Source: a virus. Taken from it: a stretch of 64,000 nt of DNA. The notes beneath the pieces were generated by a model. The model was not told the DNA's origin, searched no databases, and was given only the letters and a program-made list of their open reading frames with translations. Position 1 is the first letter of the stretch. Each line of letters opens with the position of its first letter. Of this stretch, positions 8,932-19,330 are shown in pieces. The stretch is taken from positions 1 through 64,000 of IMG/VR virus record IMGVR_UViG_3300035703_000053. One strand, 5' to 3'. A program made the translations under genes and the position numbers.

Positions 8932-10206
8932 ATGAGTAACAAACCAAAACTGCTTTGGGTGGGGGACTACCCAGCAATGACTGGCTTTGGCCGGGTATCT
9001 GATGCAATCCTGCCACGCCTCCGGGATGAATATGAAATCATTGTGCTCGGATGCAACTGGCATGGAGATCCTTGCAAAGAACAAGAGCTTTTTAAAATTT
9101 ATCCGGCATCCAATCGATTTCAGCAGGCACCTTTTGGTGAAGATCGTATTCGAGAAGTTGTTGAACGTGAAGAACCAGACATTGTCTGCACACTAAATGA
9201 TCCGTGGATTGTTAGTGAACAGTATCGTCGAATTGAAGATCTACATAAACAGGGTCGATTTAAGTTCTGTGCCTATCTCACCATGGATAGCTACAACTGG
9301 ATCGGCGGTATTGAATCGCACATCAATGACTGGGATGCAGTGATTGCATTTACAGAATTTGGTGCGCAAGAGTTTGTTAAAGGTGGGATGCGTAATCCAA
9401 TCGCTGTCATCCCCCATGGGTTGGATACTGAACGTTTCTATCCTGTAGATAAAAAAGCTGCACGAAAGGCACTGAATCTTTCTGATGACATTTTTATTGT
9501 CCTGAACGGAAATCGTAATCAATTCCGTAAGCGAATTGATATCACGATCTCTGCTTTTGCCAGGTTTGCCGTAGATAAACCGGATGCACAACTTTACCTT
9601 CACATGGGCTTGAAGGACCAGGGCTGGGATTTGATGGGGCTTTTTGCCAGGGAAATGCAAAAAGTTGGTCTTGATCCAAACGGTCGAATCATCTTGACTT
9701 CAAACACGCCCAACCCACCGAATGTTTCAGTTGAGATGTTGAATAACATTTACAACTGCGCTGATGTGGGTGTTAATACCTGCAAAGGTGGGGGCTGGGA
9801 ACTAGTCAATTTTGAAAATGCTTCCTGCCGCGTAGCTCAAGTAGTGCCGGATCATACCAGCACCAAAGAAATTTTTGAGGGTGCTGGAAAACTGATCCGC
9901 TGCGACCACGTAGATGTAGACGTCAACTACGCTAGGGAGATGCCCTGTCCTTCGGTTGAGAGCTTGACGGAGATCCTCAATGATTTGTACCAGGACCGTG
10001 GGGAGCTGGAGGCTACAGCACAGCGCTGTTATGAACGCGTGACGGAAGAGCGGTTCTCCTGGGATGTGATCGCCAAGCAGTTCGCTGGTGTGTTCCAAGA
10101 GGTGCTGGAGGGTCGCTTCCAGGATCATGCGGTGCCTGTGGAGGAGACGGAAGAAGAGCCGATTAAGGAAAATAAAAAGAAAAAGAAACGTGTGATCGGT
10201 AAATGA
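8932..10206 (+). CDS. GT-B (GT4-type) glycosyltransferase
   Basis: TGFGRV, IPHGLD, NRNQFRKRID, YNCADVGVNT...GGWELVNFE and FSWDVIA motifs. Confidence 0.85.
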   Translation: MSNKPKLLWVGDYPAMTGFGRVSDAILPRLRDEYEIIVLGCNWHGDPCKEQELFKIYPASNRFQQAPFGEDRIREVVEREEPDIVCTLNDPWIVSEQYRRIEDLHKQGRFKFCAYLTMDSYNWIGGIESHINDWDAVIAFTEFGAQEFVKGGMRNPIAVIPHGLDTERFYPVDKKAARKALNLSDDIFIVLNGNRNQFRKRIDITISAFARFAVDKPDAQLYLHMGLKDQGWDLMGLFAREMQKVGLDPNGRIILTSNTPNPPNVSVEMLNNIYNCADVGVNTCKGGGWELVNFENASCRVAQVVPDHTSTKEIFEGAGKLIRCDHVDVDVNYAREMPCPSVESLTEILNDLYQDRGELEATAQRCYERVTEERFSWDVIAKQFAGVFQEVLEGRFQDHAVPVEETEEEPIKENKKKKKRVIGK

Positions 10207-10228
10207 CCCTCGGGTAATTGAAGGGTAA

Positions 10229-10255
10229 GGCCCCGCTGAACAGGCGGGGTTTTTT
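10229..10255 (+). terminator. Intrinsic terminator of the replication operon
   Basis: GCCCCGC-TGAACAG-GCGGGGT followed by a T run. Confidence 0.8.
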
Positions 10256-10414
10256 GTGGGTATCGAGTCTCACATTGAGACTAACTGAGATTAGAGCCAG
10301 GGGTTTGGGCGTTTTTAGGTCTGGTTGGTTTGGTGGATTGAAGCAAGAGTCTTGACTGAGACTTGTTTTAAGACGGTAAATGGGGAAGAAAGTTGTGTAT
10401 ACCGGGAAAAGATA

Positions 10415-10735
10415 GCGGAAAAAAACCGGTATACCTATGGTTTTATCCTTAGATAAGCAGATTGACATTGTGATCAAAATGTCGGTTTGGTCTGGAGGTT
10501 GTGTCCTGAAAGTGCTGTATACCCGTAAAGTCCTACCAAATCTCAAGACGCATGAGTCGTAAGATTAGACTGCGTATTGCCACGGGGGGTGCGGGGGGAG
10601 ACACCAAAAACCCCCGGATAAGACCGACCACTTTCCGGGTAGACATGCACACTCAAACGACGAAAACGACATTGTGATCAAAGTGTCAATCTGCTTATAT
10701 AAAGATAAAAGTATAGGTATACCGGTTTTTATCGC
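10415..10735. repeat. ~70-bp imperfect inverted repeat pair (10415-10484 / 10667-10735); candidate replication origin
   Basis: AAAAACCGGTATACCTATGGTTTTATCCTTAGATAAGCAGATTGACATTGTGATCAAAATGTCG matches the reverse complement of the right arm with few mismatches; lies in a non-coding region after the primase-helicase operon. Confidence 0.75.
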
Positions 10736-10773
10736 AGCAGAGCCCTCGAAACTGATGTATGTCGGTGGTATAG

Positions 10774-11163
10774 TTGGTTTCCGTACTGCCCTGGACCGTG
10801 GCCCGCAGCTACACAAAGCTTTTACCTTTGTGGTTTCTCAAGTCCAAATTGAGACTCAGTGATAAATACCCCAGTGGTTTGGAGTGGGCCGACAGCTCCA
10901 ATGGCCACAAGGAGGGAGAGATGGCTGGCTACTGGAAAGAGCCCATTAAGCGGTACGTGCTGCACCTTGCGGGAGACTTCCTGTACGCCCACCGCGTGGT
11001 CTACTACCTACGCACAGGAGAGGACCCAGAGAACAAGGACGTCAGACATGGGGACGACAACTTAGAGCGCGACAACCGCAAGGAGCTAACTCTCTACGCA
11101 CGCAAAGCAACCAAGCAGCGCACTCGTCGCAATCGCCGCCAATCCGACTACGTGGGGTTTTGA
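10774..11163 (+). CDS. HNH endonuclease-like protein (start uncertain)
   Basis: YAHRVVYYLRTGEDP..KDVRHGDDN..RDN resembles phage HNH homing endonucleases. Confidence 0.6.
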   Translation: MVSVLPWTVARSYTKLLPLWFLKSKLRLSDKYPSGLEWADSSNGHKEGEMAGYWKEPIKRYVLHLAGDFLYAHRVVYYLRTGEDPENKDVRHGDDNLERDNRKELTLYARKATKQRTRRNRRQSDYVGF

Positions 11164-11169
11164 CTCAAC

Positions 11170-11856
11170 ATGGCAAACCTGAAGAACAAGCCCAGCCATC
11201 CCGTCTACCAGACAGAGCTTCGCTTTGTCTCAAGCATAGACTCACTTGATACAACTAAACTTAGCTCATTTGGTTACTACCGGGGTTTCCCTTGTCCCCA
11301 TGGCCACACCATCCGAGACAGCACCCACCACTGGTGCTATCACTGCGTAATGAAAATCAAAAGTAATGTCTGCGGTTTTGACGTTAACTATCTGGACGTC
11401 AACTACAAACAAAGCTATTACAAGCTATGGAAAAAGATTGAGGTGTTACATCCAGATGATTGCTGGCCCATTAGAGATGATGATGACAAAACACCCCAAC
11501 GTATAAGCCTTCCTTCGTATCGAAACCATTCAATCACCGATAAAAAGGATAATGTCAATGTACATAAGGCTATTTATCAAGTTGCTTGGGGCGATGTTGG
11601 TACCATGGTGGTTACACGTACGTGCAAAAATTTAAACTGCGGCAATCCCTTGCATATGGTATCAAGCTGGAACAGGCTTTACCCTCCGTCTAGACTGGCG
11701 TTTTTTGATGTTGAATTCAATGCCAAGAAACTAATGCAATACACACAATGCTGTATGAATAACACTGTTAATGCTTTACTTGAATCACAGTACATAAATA
11801 CGATCAAGCATCCGCTTGAAGCTCCCGATGCACCTTATTACAGCGAAGAACAGTAA
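11170..11856 (+). CDS. Zn-binding protein with degenerate HNH-like domain
   Basis: CPHGH...CYHC zinc motif; DDCW; VHKAIY...VTRTCKNLNCGNPLHM. Confidence 0.55.
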   Translation: MANLKNKPSHPVYQTELRFVSSIDSLDTTKLSSFGYYRGFPCPHGHTIRDSTHHWCYHCVMKIKSNVCGFDVNYLDVNYKQSYYKLWKKIEVLHPDDCWPIRDDDDKTPQRISLPSYRNHSITDKKDNVNVHKAIYQVAWGDVGTMVVTRTCKNLNCGNPLHMVSSWNRLYPPSRLAFFDVEFNAKKLMQYTQCCMNNTVNALLESQYINTIKHPLEAPDAPYYSEEQ

Positions 11857-11905
11857 GCAGATTGCTCCAGAGTAAGATGGTATTACCGAAATAGTTATAC
11901 GAATA

Positions 11906-12823
11906 ATGAGGGTATCCGCCCAACAACGGCAGAGAACCCAGGACAGCCCTTTGGACCTGGGTACGTTTGATACAACTTCTTTGCGTTACCTGAAGGGCAG
12001 CCTTGGACCTAAGAATCAAGTTGTCGGTAGGCGTGATACTAACCAATATTCAAATGGTGGCTTTGGCGGCGGAACATACAACCACTGGTTCAAAGTAACA
12101 CTTAAAGTTCCTGCTTGGATTATTACTGTAAAGGGCCCGCCGCGTCCTAAGTATATTCAAGTATCTGCTTATAGCTTGGATCAAAATCCAATTGAAGGGC
12201 GTAGTATTTTTGACGCCGACAGTGTTGTTCAGTTAAATAGTGGCGAAGTACAACATCCATATGCAGGGCACATAATGAGTGCTCAGTCTGATCTGTATAA
12301 TAATTTTGCTGTTAAACGTTTAGATCGCGGTGATGATCGTTATTTCACACTGAATCCAGGCAGCTATTTACTGTGTATTTCTACTACTCGCAACGAGCCT
12401 CTTGATTATGAAGTTGGTTTAGTTGTAGAGATTGAAAATACAGAAATTCAATTACTACTGGAAACTGGTGGCACTAATAAATTTGTATATGAAAATTCAA
12501 TTGATCTTAGCAATACCCTGGTAATTGGCCCAGATTTTTTTGTTAATTACACGTTACCAACAGGGCAGAATGGCTATACAAATACATTGGCCACTGTATC
12601 CACAGGTGTAACGGTTACAATACCTTCAGGAAGCGCGTGGTTCATTGATAACAATACCGTGTCAGCGTCCCAAGATTTTATCCTGCTTGACCTAACAGAA
12701 AACTATACTGGACAAGATGAACACCAACACTCCTTATCTGAATGGCAACAAGCATGGCAAAGAGACCACCAGCAAGATGACCGCTTTCCAGATGTATTTG
12801 TCCCATTAACTACTACGTCATGA
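11906..12823 (+). CDS. Hypothetical protein (beta-rich, possibly virion-associated)
   Basis: 305-aa ORF. Confidence 0.6.
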   Translation: MRVSAQQRQRTQDSPLDLGTFDTTSLRYLKGSLGPKNQVVGRRDTNQYSNGGFGGGTYNHWFKVTLKVPAWIITVKGPPRPKYIQVSAYSLDQNPIEGRSIFDADSVVQLNSGEVQHPYAGHIMSAQSDLYNNFAVKRLDRGDDRYFTLNPGSYLLCISTTRNEPLDYEVGLVVEIENTEIQLLLETGGTNKFVYENSIDLSNTLVIGPDFFVNYTLPTGQNGYTNTLATVSTGVTVTIPSGSAWFIDNNTVSASQDFILLDLTENYTGQDEHQHSLSEWQQAWQRDHQQDDRFPDVFVPLTTTS

Positions 12824-12966
12824 AAAAGTTTTCTGTCTGGTTTGTTTCTTGGTTTTTAAAACAGTTTTCAAATAAAACAACAAAACCCAAACAAATGTCT
12901 TTTCAAAAATATTGCGAAGAAAATCCCTGGGCAATTGAATGCCGAATTCATGATGTTTGATAGTCC

Positions 12967-13398
12967 ATGTCATACAGAATACAGAGGAAAAAGAAAACAA
13001 AAACAATTGTATTACCGCACAATCAAATCTTTAAAATGCGCTTAATCCCTTGGATTCGCACCGAAAACGGTTGTGTATGGTTGGCTAGCCTTGCAGTTGC
13101 AAAATCTAAACGACAACTAAATGATTGGCTATACAAGCGCCCCAAGAAATCTACGGTGCGGCTAAGCGCGTCTTTGACAGGTCAACATGGTCCAGGGATC
13201 CAAGCAATTGGAATCCGACAACTTCGACAGTGGCTAGAAGATATTCCAGCCGGAGATTCTATTTGTATGCGTTGCGAGTCAGCACTTCCTGACAAACAGT
13301 TTTCTGTGTGGAAAAAATGGTTTCAACGTCACGAAGACCCCCGTTGGGAAATATGTGAAGAAAATAAATCTTTTTTCTTTTACAAATCAAGACTGTAG
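12967..13398 (+). CDS. Hypothetical protein
   Basis: 143-aa ORF. Confidence 0.55.
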   Translation: MSYRIQRKKKTKTIVLPHNQIFKMRLIPWIRTENGCVWLASLAVAKSKRQLNDWLYKRPKKSTVRLSASLTGQHGPGIQAIGIRQLRQWLEDIPAGDSICMRCESALPDKQFSVWKKWFQRHEDPRWEICEENKSFFFYKSRL

Positions 13399-13422
13399 AA
13401 TAAAAGAAACGAAATACATCCC

Positions 13423-13587
13423 ATGGCACACCTTAACCAGTATTTGGAAGTTGCTCTCGCAATTCACGCAGCTTGTTCTGCTGTCTGCGCACTGACCCCG
13501 ACTCCTCGTGACGACCAGTTTCTGCGCAAAGTTTACAAGTTGTTTGAAATTGGTGGCTTGGTGATTGGTCGCGCCAAGATGCGTTGA
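13423..13587 (+). CDS. Small holin-like membrane protein (54 aa)
   Basis: MAHLNQYLEVALAIHAACSAVCALTPTPRDDQFLRKVYKLFEIGGLVIGRAKMR*; TPTPxDD motif; near the endolysin. Confidence 0.55.
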   Translation: MAHLNQYLEVALAIHAACSAVCALTPTPRDDQFLRKVYKLFEIGGLVIGRAKMR

Positions 13588-13749
13588 TTAATCAGTTAAC
13601 ACCTGCGTCCAGAAGATAGCACCATCGTTGTCTTCAACCCATTTTTTTGTTGCGTAAGCCTCTTCTTTACTGAGGGTTGCGCACTTTTTTTCGTCGTTAA
13701 CTTCCCAGCACATATTGATGCGGTGGCTATAATTTCTCTTTTGTTTCAT
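13588..13749 (-). CDS. Hypothetical protein
   Basis: Small ORF, ATGA-coupled to the endolysin stop. Confidence 0.5.
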   Translation of the reverse strand: MKQKRNYSHRINMCWEVNDEKKCATLSKEEAYATKKWVEDNDGAIFWTQVLTD

Positions 13750-14852
13750 TTTGATACCAAAATAGCCCAACCAGTGTTAGCACCATCGCATTCCCAACGG
13801 CGTAACCAATTTTTTTTGCTGTATTTAACCTTATTGCCACGTGATGCAGCATTACTAACGTAACCGCCGTTTATCATATCTGCTTCACCATTCGGGTCTA
13901 ATTGAACAAATGCATCCGGTGTAAAACCCACACAACAAGTCCAGTGTCCACCACCAGAAGGATTGTTTACATTTCCTTTATGTAACCAACCAACACCTAC
14001 GGGCCTGTTGTTACGAATTTCATTTTCCAATAATGCAGCATTTCCATTGGTAATAAACGTTGGCTTAAGTCCCAGGGCTTTCAATGCTGCTAACTGAGCA
14101 TCCTTATCAGTTGTGTCTCCGTATTTGGCGCGGATTTTATTGTACTCATCATCTGTTTTGACTTTGCCGTAATAAGCAGCAATCATTGCGCAAGTGGAAG
14201 AAAAACACTCGCGGTAACCAGTGCCAGATTGATTATCTAGTTGATAAAAGTATGGAACATCTAATGTTTTAGAGCTAATGATACCTGTTGAATTACCTCC
14301 TGGCGTACCAAGCTGTTGATCCATGATTTGGATTAACTTGGTACTGTAGTTAGGATCTGTAGCATATTGCTCGGTAACCAAGAGCTGAGCACATTCATTC
14401 CGGTTTGTAGCTCGGTTAACACCTTTGTAAGTGCCGTAGTCTTTGTACCAACGATCAACTAGATAACAAACACACGTGTATAAATCAGGAAAATCAAGGA
14501 ATCCAGCTTTGATTGTTACCCATTGACCGTTAATAAACTCTTTAGTATTGGCCTTAGTTCCTGACCCTTTCAGACCAAAGAAATTATTCTTACCTGACGT
14601 TGCTGCTCCCCAGCCAGATTCAAGCGCCCATTGGGCTGCCACAACTTCAGGGTATTTAGCCCCACTATTTTTTGCTGCTGCTACCACGCCGTCCCATGTA
14701 TTTAGATATGCGCTGTTAATCGGTGTGCGGTATTTAACAGCAAAAGACTCCAGGGCCTCAGGAGACACCTGAGCCTGGAGCCAACTCCACGCTTCAATTT
14801 GATGCTGTTTTTCTACAAAGAATTTTGCAGCATCAACTAATTTTATTGTCAT
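13746..14852 (-). CDS. Endolysin: GH73 glucosaminidase + C39-like peptidase
   Basis: AAQWALESGWG, NNFFGLKG and YATDPNY (GH73); VPYFYQLDN...ECFSSTCAM and GGHW...DP (C39 Cys-His-Asp). Confidence 0.85.
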   Translation of the reverse strand: MTIKLVDAAKFFVEKQHQIEAWSWLQAQVSPEALESFAVKYRTPINSAYLNTWDGVVAAAKNSGAKYPEVVAAQWALESGWGAATSGKNNFFGLKGSGTKANTKEFINGQWVTIKAGFLDFPDLYTCVCYLVDRWYKDYGTYKGVNRATNRNECAQLLVTEQYATDPNYSTKLIQIMDQQLGTPGGNSTGIISSKTLDVPYFYQLDNQSGTGYRECFSSTCAMIAAYYGKVKTDDEYNKIRAKYGDTTDKDAQLAALKALGLKPTFITNGNAALLENEIRNNRPVGVGWLHKGNVNNPSGGGHWTCCVGFTPDAFVQLDPNGEADMINGGYVSNAASRGNKVKYSKKNWLRRWECDGANTGWAILVSK

Positions 14853-14890
14853 GGCTCTAGATCTTTTTTACAAATCTAGACCAGAGAATC

Positions 14891-15196
14891 TTACCAAGGC
14901 ACACCAGCTGCTTTTGAAGGCGCGTGTTTTTCATCAAGTTGAGATTGAAGAGCAGCTTCAATTTCTTCAACTTTTTCTGTGCCAAATTTATCCTTCACCC
15001 ATTGCACTACAATTTCTTCCGTAAGAGAATCAAACGGAATCAATTGACCTTCAGGCCGCTCAAGACCAATAGATCCATAGGCACCAGCGGAGTATGTGCC
15101 ATCGTTAGAGTCAATCACATAATGAGCAGTAAAAACATAACCGTCAGCAGTTTCCCGCTCCAGGTTTGCAATTTTCCAGGTGGTTGTGGTGGTCAT
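14891..15196 (-). CDS. Fibre-associated small protein
   Basis: WKIANLER..DGYV..AHY...LTEE.V..WVK...GVPW; cyanophage family found beside fibre genes. Confidence 0.7.
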   Translation of the reverse strand: MTTTTTWKIANLERETADGYVFTAHYVIDSNDGTYSAGAYGSIGLERPEGQLIPFDSLTEEIVVQWVKDKFGTEKVEEIEAALQSQLDEKHAPSKAAGVPW

Positions 15197-15256
15197 AGGA
15201 CAAACGTTTTTTAACAGTATACCGTATCTAAGTAGTAGTGAGTAGGATTACTGGCT

Positions 15257-17260
15257 CTAGCAAGCCATCAGCACGCAGGGCACGCAGTAGCTTCCATCGT
15301 CGTAGGTGCAGGTGACATGGGTCGAAGTCACCTTGGCGACGGTTTTGCTGCGGATGATGTCGTCGTCTTGGGGTTTGGCGGTGCCATCACCAGCAGACAT
15401 CAGCAGATCACCCCGCTGCACTGTGACGCCTTCGGCAATGCGGATGATGAAGTCACCCGTCATTGCACAGTAGAAGTCATCGGTGTAGGTGTCGTCGTCA
15501 TCGTCCCAGTCTTGAAACACGCCAGACACGTTGGGGTCGCCTTCAACGTCGCTCACTTTCATACGGTTAAGCTGTTCGTTTTCTTCTTCACCCCAGTCGC
15601 ACATCTCATCGATGTTGCTTAGCACGGTGCCGCGCAGGATTTCTTCACGAGTAGCGCCACCAGGAAGTTGGGACCAGCGAGACAGGTGGGCACCGTTGTA
15701 GCTGACCGTGGTGCCGGATACGGAAATACTTCCCTCGTCGGTTCCATCTTGCCTAAATACAACCAATCCTCCGTCATTTGTATTTCTGCCAACAAACAAA
15801 CCGATGTCGCTGTCTCTAGTAAAGCCAGCGGTCCCAACACTGTTAATTAAAGATCCAGCAACATTAATGTCTGTGCTTGTTTTACCGACAAGAACAAATC
15901 CCTCGCTCGTAATCCTCATCCGCTCCGCCGGACTTGCAGCTCCGTCGGCGGTTGTGCTGAAGACAAGCCTGCCCGGCATGTCGTTGGCGCCGGGGGTGCC
16001 GTCTACAACCCCTTCAATAGCCGCCGCTACAAGTTGTTGAGTGCCATCGGTTCCAATAAACTGGAAATTTCCAAGACCATCGCCATTTGATACTAATGCT
16101 TGTGATCCAACACTGGTGCCGCGTGACTTTATTAACTGAAAATACGCTGGCGAAGTGTTGGCAGAGTTATTTGTAATTGTGCCAAGGGATGTGCCAAAGG
16201 TGGTGCCTTCGATTTGAAAGGCAGCACTTGTACGATTACTAGACGTCCCCACCAGCAGCCTGCCGGAGCTGTCGATGCGGGCGCGTTCGGCTTCTGCTGA
16301 ACCAGTGTCTGTGTAAAATGAAAGGAATTTACTTCCAGATCCTCCAAGGCGTTTGGCCGTCAGGCGAGCTTCACCTGTTGAATCGTTTGTATAAAGATCA
16401 ACACCGGTGTTGTTGTGCGAACCTAAAAAGACAGTATTAGCAGAAGAGACTTGAGAATGAAGTAATTGACTTGGGCTAGTAGTGCCAATCCCTACGTTGC
16501 CTGTAGGGGTGATAACTAGACGAGTTGATAACGTTGCGCTTGCATCTGCGCCACCTGTGTTCTGTGGTGCGGTTTCAAAACTTACGAATCCAGCGCTATT
16601 CGCAAGCTTAAACGCAGCAGCGTAACCATTATTGATGTATTTCCAAGCGCCATCAAAATACAAGTTGGAAGCTATGTAGGAGTTAGCTATATTGCTGTGA
16701 TCACCCGCTACATGAAGTAACGATTTAGGACTACTAGTCCCCAGACCTAACCTGCCGGAGCTGTCGATGCGGGCGCGTTCATTGCTATTAGTTGAGAGAG
16801 CTACTTGGTCTGCGCCAGGGCTGTAAATGCCGGTGTTTGGATCTGAAACAAAACTAATTGAAGGGTTGGTTGCAGTACCTGATGCAAATACCCCTGATGT
16901 GACCGTGCAAGTACCACCGCTAATACTGGTAAAGTTACCACTGGTAAAGTTTGCAGTTGTACCGGTTACGGTTGCGCCTGAGATTTGATTTGTAAAAATA
17001 CCAGACACAAAATTAGCATTTGCACCTGTAACAGTAGTTCCCGTTAAAGACGTGAACGTACCCGTGGTACCAATAACGGTAAGTCCTGATACCTGAGAAC
17101 TAAAAGTTCCTGTAGCAAACGTTGCCGTTACGCCTGAAACAGTTCCGGTAACCGTTAAGTTACCTGAGGTAGACGCAAATAATCCAGAAACAGTAATGCT
17201 TTTATCTACGCCACCATTGGTAAACGTAATCGTATCAACCCTGATTTCTCCGTACGGCAT
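15257..17260 (-). CDS. Tail fibre with C-terminal chaperone-like domain
   Basis: PSISF..DPNTGIYSPGADQVA, repeated ERARIDSSGRL, C-terminal CAMTGDFIIRIA...GSYCVPCVLMAC. Confidence 0.85.
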   Translation of the reverse strand: MPYGEIRVDTITFTNGGVDKSITVSGLFASTSGNLTVTGTVSGVTATFATGTFSSQVSGLTVIGTTGTFTSLTGTTVTGANANFVSGIFTNQISGATVTGTTANFTSGNFTSISGGTCTVTSGVFASGTATNPSISFVSDPNTGIYSPGADQVALSTNSNERARIDSSGRLGLGTSSPKSLLHVAGDHSNIANSYIASNLYFDGAWKYINNGYAAAFKLANSAGFVSFETAPQNTGGADASATLSTRLVITPTGNVGIGTTSPSQLLHSQVSSANTVFLGSHNNTGVDLYTNDSTGEARLTAKRLGGSGSKFLSFYTDTGSAEAERARIDSSGRLLVGTSSNRTSAAFQIEGTTFGTSLGTITNNSANTSPAYFQLIKSRGTSVGSQALVSNGDGLGNFQFIGTDGTQQLVAAAIEGVVDGTPGANDMPGRLVFSTTADGAASPAERMRITSEGFVLVGKTSTDINVAGSLINSVGTAGFTRDSDIGLFVGRNTNDGGLVVFRQDGTDEGSISVSGTTVSYNGAHLSRWSQLPGGATREEILRGTVLSNIDEMCDWGEEENEQLNRMKVSDVEGDPNVSGVFQDWDDDDDTYTDDFYCAMTGDFIIRIAEGVTVQRGDLLMSAGDGTAKPQDDDIIRSKTVAKVTSTHVTCTYDDGSYCVPCVLMAC
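16259..16780. repeat. 30-bp exact direct repeat in the tail fibre gene (16259-16288 and 16751-16780)
   Basis: CCTGCCGGAGCTGTCGATGCGGGCGCGTTC occurs twice, encoding ERARIDSSGR. Confidence 0.85.
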
Positions 17261-17304
17261 TTTTTTAAATACTTTTTACGATTCTAGCTTTTTAAAGCTT
17301 ATAT

Positions 17305-19278
17305 TCAAAGAATGATCAATGGACCTTTGATTATAAAACCACTTGCACTACCAGATACTACGCCAGAACAAACAATGGCTGGAGTTGTACCAGACGGTGT
17401 TGTGATTGCAAGCGTAGCCCCAGTAATGTTTGTAATGCTTGCATTGGTTCCGGAAATATTTGCACCCGAAAGAGTGCTGGTAAACGTACCAGAAACACCA
17501 GTGATGCTACTGAATTGACCAGTGTTACCAGTGATTGTTGCACCTGACAATTGAGTTGTGAACGTGCCGCTAACACCCGTTGCATTACTGAATTGTGCCG
17601 TGTTACCCGTGATTGTTCCACCTGAAAGGTAGGTGTATATACCGGAAACACCAGTGATGTTTGAAAATAATGCTGTGTCACCGGTAATAGTTGCACCTGA
17701 CAACCTTGTAGTAAATACTCCAGATACTCCTGTGACAGAAGTAAATGCAGCAGTTGTTCCTGTAACTGTTTGACCACTGATCGTTCCGGTTACAGATAGA
17801 CCCGAACCAATAAAACCAGAACCAACAACAGTTAGATCACCTGAGACTGTTGTATTGGTGAAGCTGAGGTTGGTTGCTTGAAGTGTAGTAAAAACACCTG
17901 TTGCCGCGTTGACCGTAACACCCGTGATCGTAGTGCCAGTGACGTATGTGAACGTACCAGTGGCTCCGGTAACCGTTGTACCGACAACAGTGGCACCTGA
18001 AACAGAAGTGGTAAATACAGCAGCAATACCTGTTACATTCGTAAACAAGCCTGCATCGCCTGTAATAACCGTTCCAGAAACATTGGTAAACTTCCCTGTT
18101 CCAGCTGTCAGCTGACTAAATAAACCCGTTGCACCTGTAATGGTTACGCCTGAAACTTGAGTTGTAAATACACCGGAAACACCTGTAACAGTAGAGGCCA
18201 GGATTGTGTCACCTGTAATGGTTGCTCCTGAAATACGGCTTGTAAATACCCCAGAGACACCAGTAATACTAGAAACATTTACTGTATTACCAGTAATAGA
18301 TCCACCGGATAAATTACTGTAAACTCCCGAAACACCTGTTACCGCAGTAAACTGTCCAATGCCGCCTGTAATAACAAATCCCGAAAGAAACTGAGAAAAG
18401 ACGCCAGAAATTCCACTTACGTTACCAAAAGACGCATTATTACCTGTAATAGTTGCACCAGAAACTCTGGCAGTAAAAGTCCCAGAAACTCCGGTTAAGT
18501 TGCTAAATAAACCTGTATTACCAGTAACGGTTGCACCTGATACGGATGTAGTAAATGTCCCTGAAACGCCTGTAACTGTAGAAAATGCTGACGTTGTACC
18601 TGTTATTGTTGTGCCTGATAGTGTGCCAGTGACTTGAACACTGTTAGCATATTGAGCAAGACCAGATACGGTCAAGCCACTACCAACGGTTAAATTGCCA
18701 GTTACGTTAAGAACAGGCGTACCAAGAGATTGGAACGTGCCGGTGGTTGCATTGATGTTTGTGCCGGTAATTGTCGTCCCGCTTAATGCAGAAAAAACGC
18801 CGGACGTGCCAGAGATCGTGTTTCCTGTGATTAATGCACCAGACAGAAACTGGAACTGGCCACTGGTAAAGTTTGCACTCGTTCCTGTTGCGGTGACAGT
18901 CGTTAATGTATTCGCATTTACGTTAGTGCCTTGAATATTTGTACCAGTTAACGTGGCACCACTTACGGTTCCGCTAACGGTTGTATTGGATTGAACAATA
19001 ATTCCACTGAAAGTAGATGTATTTGCAGCTGTAATGCCAGATGTGACAAGGTTTCCGGATACAACCAGACCACTTTGAATGGTCACATTGCCGCTGATGG
19101 TTCCTCCCGTTCGGGGAAGGTAGTAAACATTCAAGTAAACCTTGGTACCAGATACGGTAAGCTTTTTATTTTTTAACGCAGGATCAACTTCATTTACGTG
19201 AACGAGCGTAAATAGATCGACGTCATCAATGTCGCCTCCAGCAAGTTCCGGAAGGTCGCTGATCCTTCTATTTGCCAC
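17305..19278 (-). CDS. Repetitive G/T/S-rich fibre/spike protein
   Basis: Many ~21-22-aa repeats (SGATITG...F..ITGVSG.F); N-terminal ANRRISDLPEL. Confidence 0.8.
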   Translation of the reverse strand: MANRRISDLPELAGGDIDDVDLFTLVHVNEVDPALKNKKLTVSGTKVYLNVYYLPRTGGTISGNVTIQSGLVVSGNLVTSGITAANTSTFSGIIVQSNTTVSGTVSGATLTGTNIQGTNVNANTLTTVTATGTSANFTSGQFQFLSGALITGNTISGTSGVFSALSGTTITGTNINATTGTFQSLGTPVLNVTGNLTVGSGLTVSGLAQYANSVQVTGTLSGTTITGTTSAFSTVTGVSGTFTTSVSGATVTGNTGLFSNLTGVSGTFTARVSGATITGNNASFGNVSGISGVFSQFLSGFVITGGIGQFTAVTGVSGVYSNLSGGSITGNTVNVSSITGVSGVFTSRISGATITGDTILASTVTGVSGVFTTQVSGVTITGATGLFSQLTAGTGKFTNVSGTVITGDAGLFTNVTGIAAVFTTSVSGATVVGTTVTGATGTFTYVTGTTITGVTVNAATGVFTTLQATNLSFTNTTVSGDLTVVGSGFIGSGLSVTGTISGQTVTGTTAAFTSVTGVSGVFTTRLSGATITGDTALFSNITGVSGIYTYLSGGTITGNTAQFSNATGVSGTFTTQLSGATITGNTGQFSSITGVSGTFTSTLSGANISGTNASITNITGATLAITTPSGTTPAIVCSGVVSGSASGFIIKGPLIIL

Positions 19279-19330
19279 CCGTCATTCACATATATGTCTT
19301 AAATCAATTATAGTTCTACTATTTCAACAG

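Noticed and set aside
17305-19278. Diversity-generating retroelement or DNA tandem repeat in the fibre genes
   Set aside because: The repeats are protein-level with diverged codons; no reverse transcriptase and no adenine-specific TR/VR pair seen.
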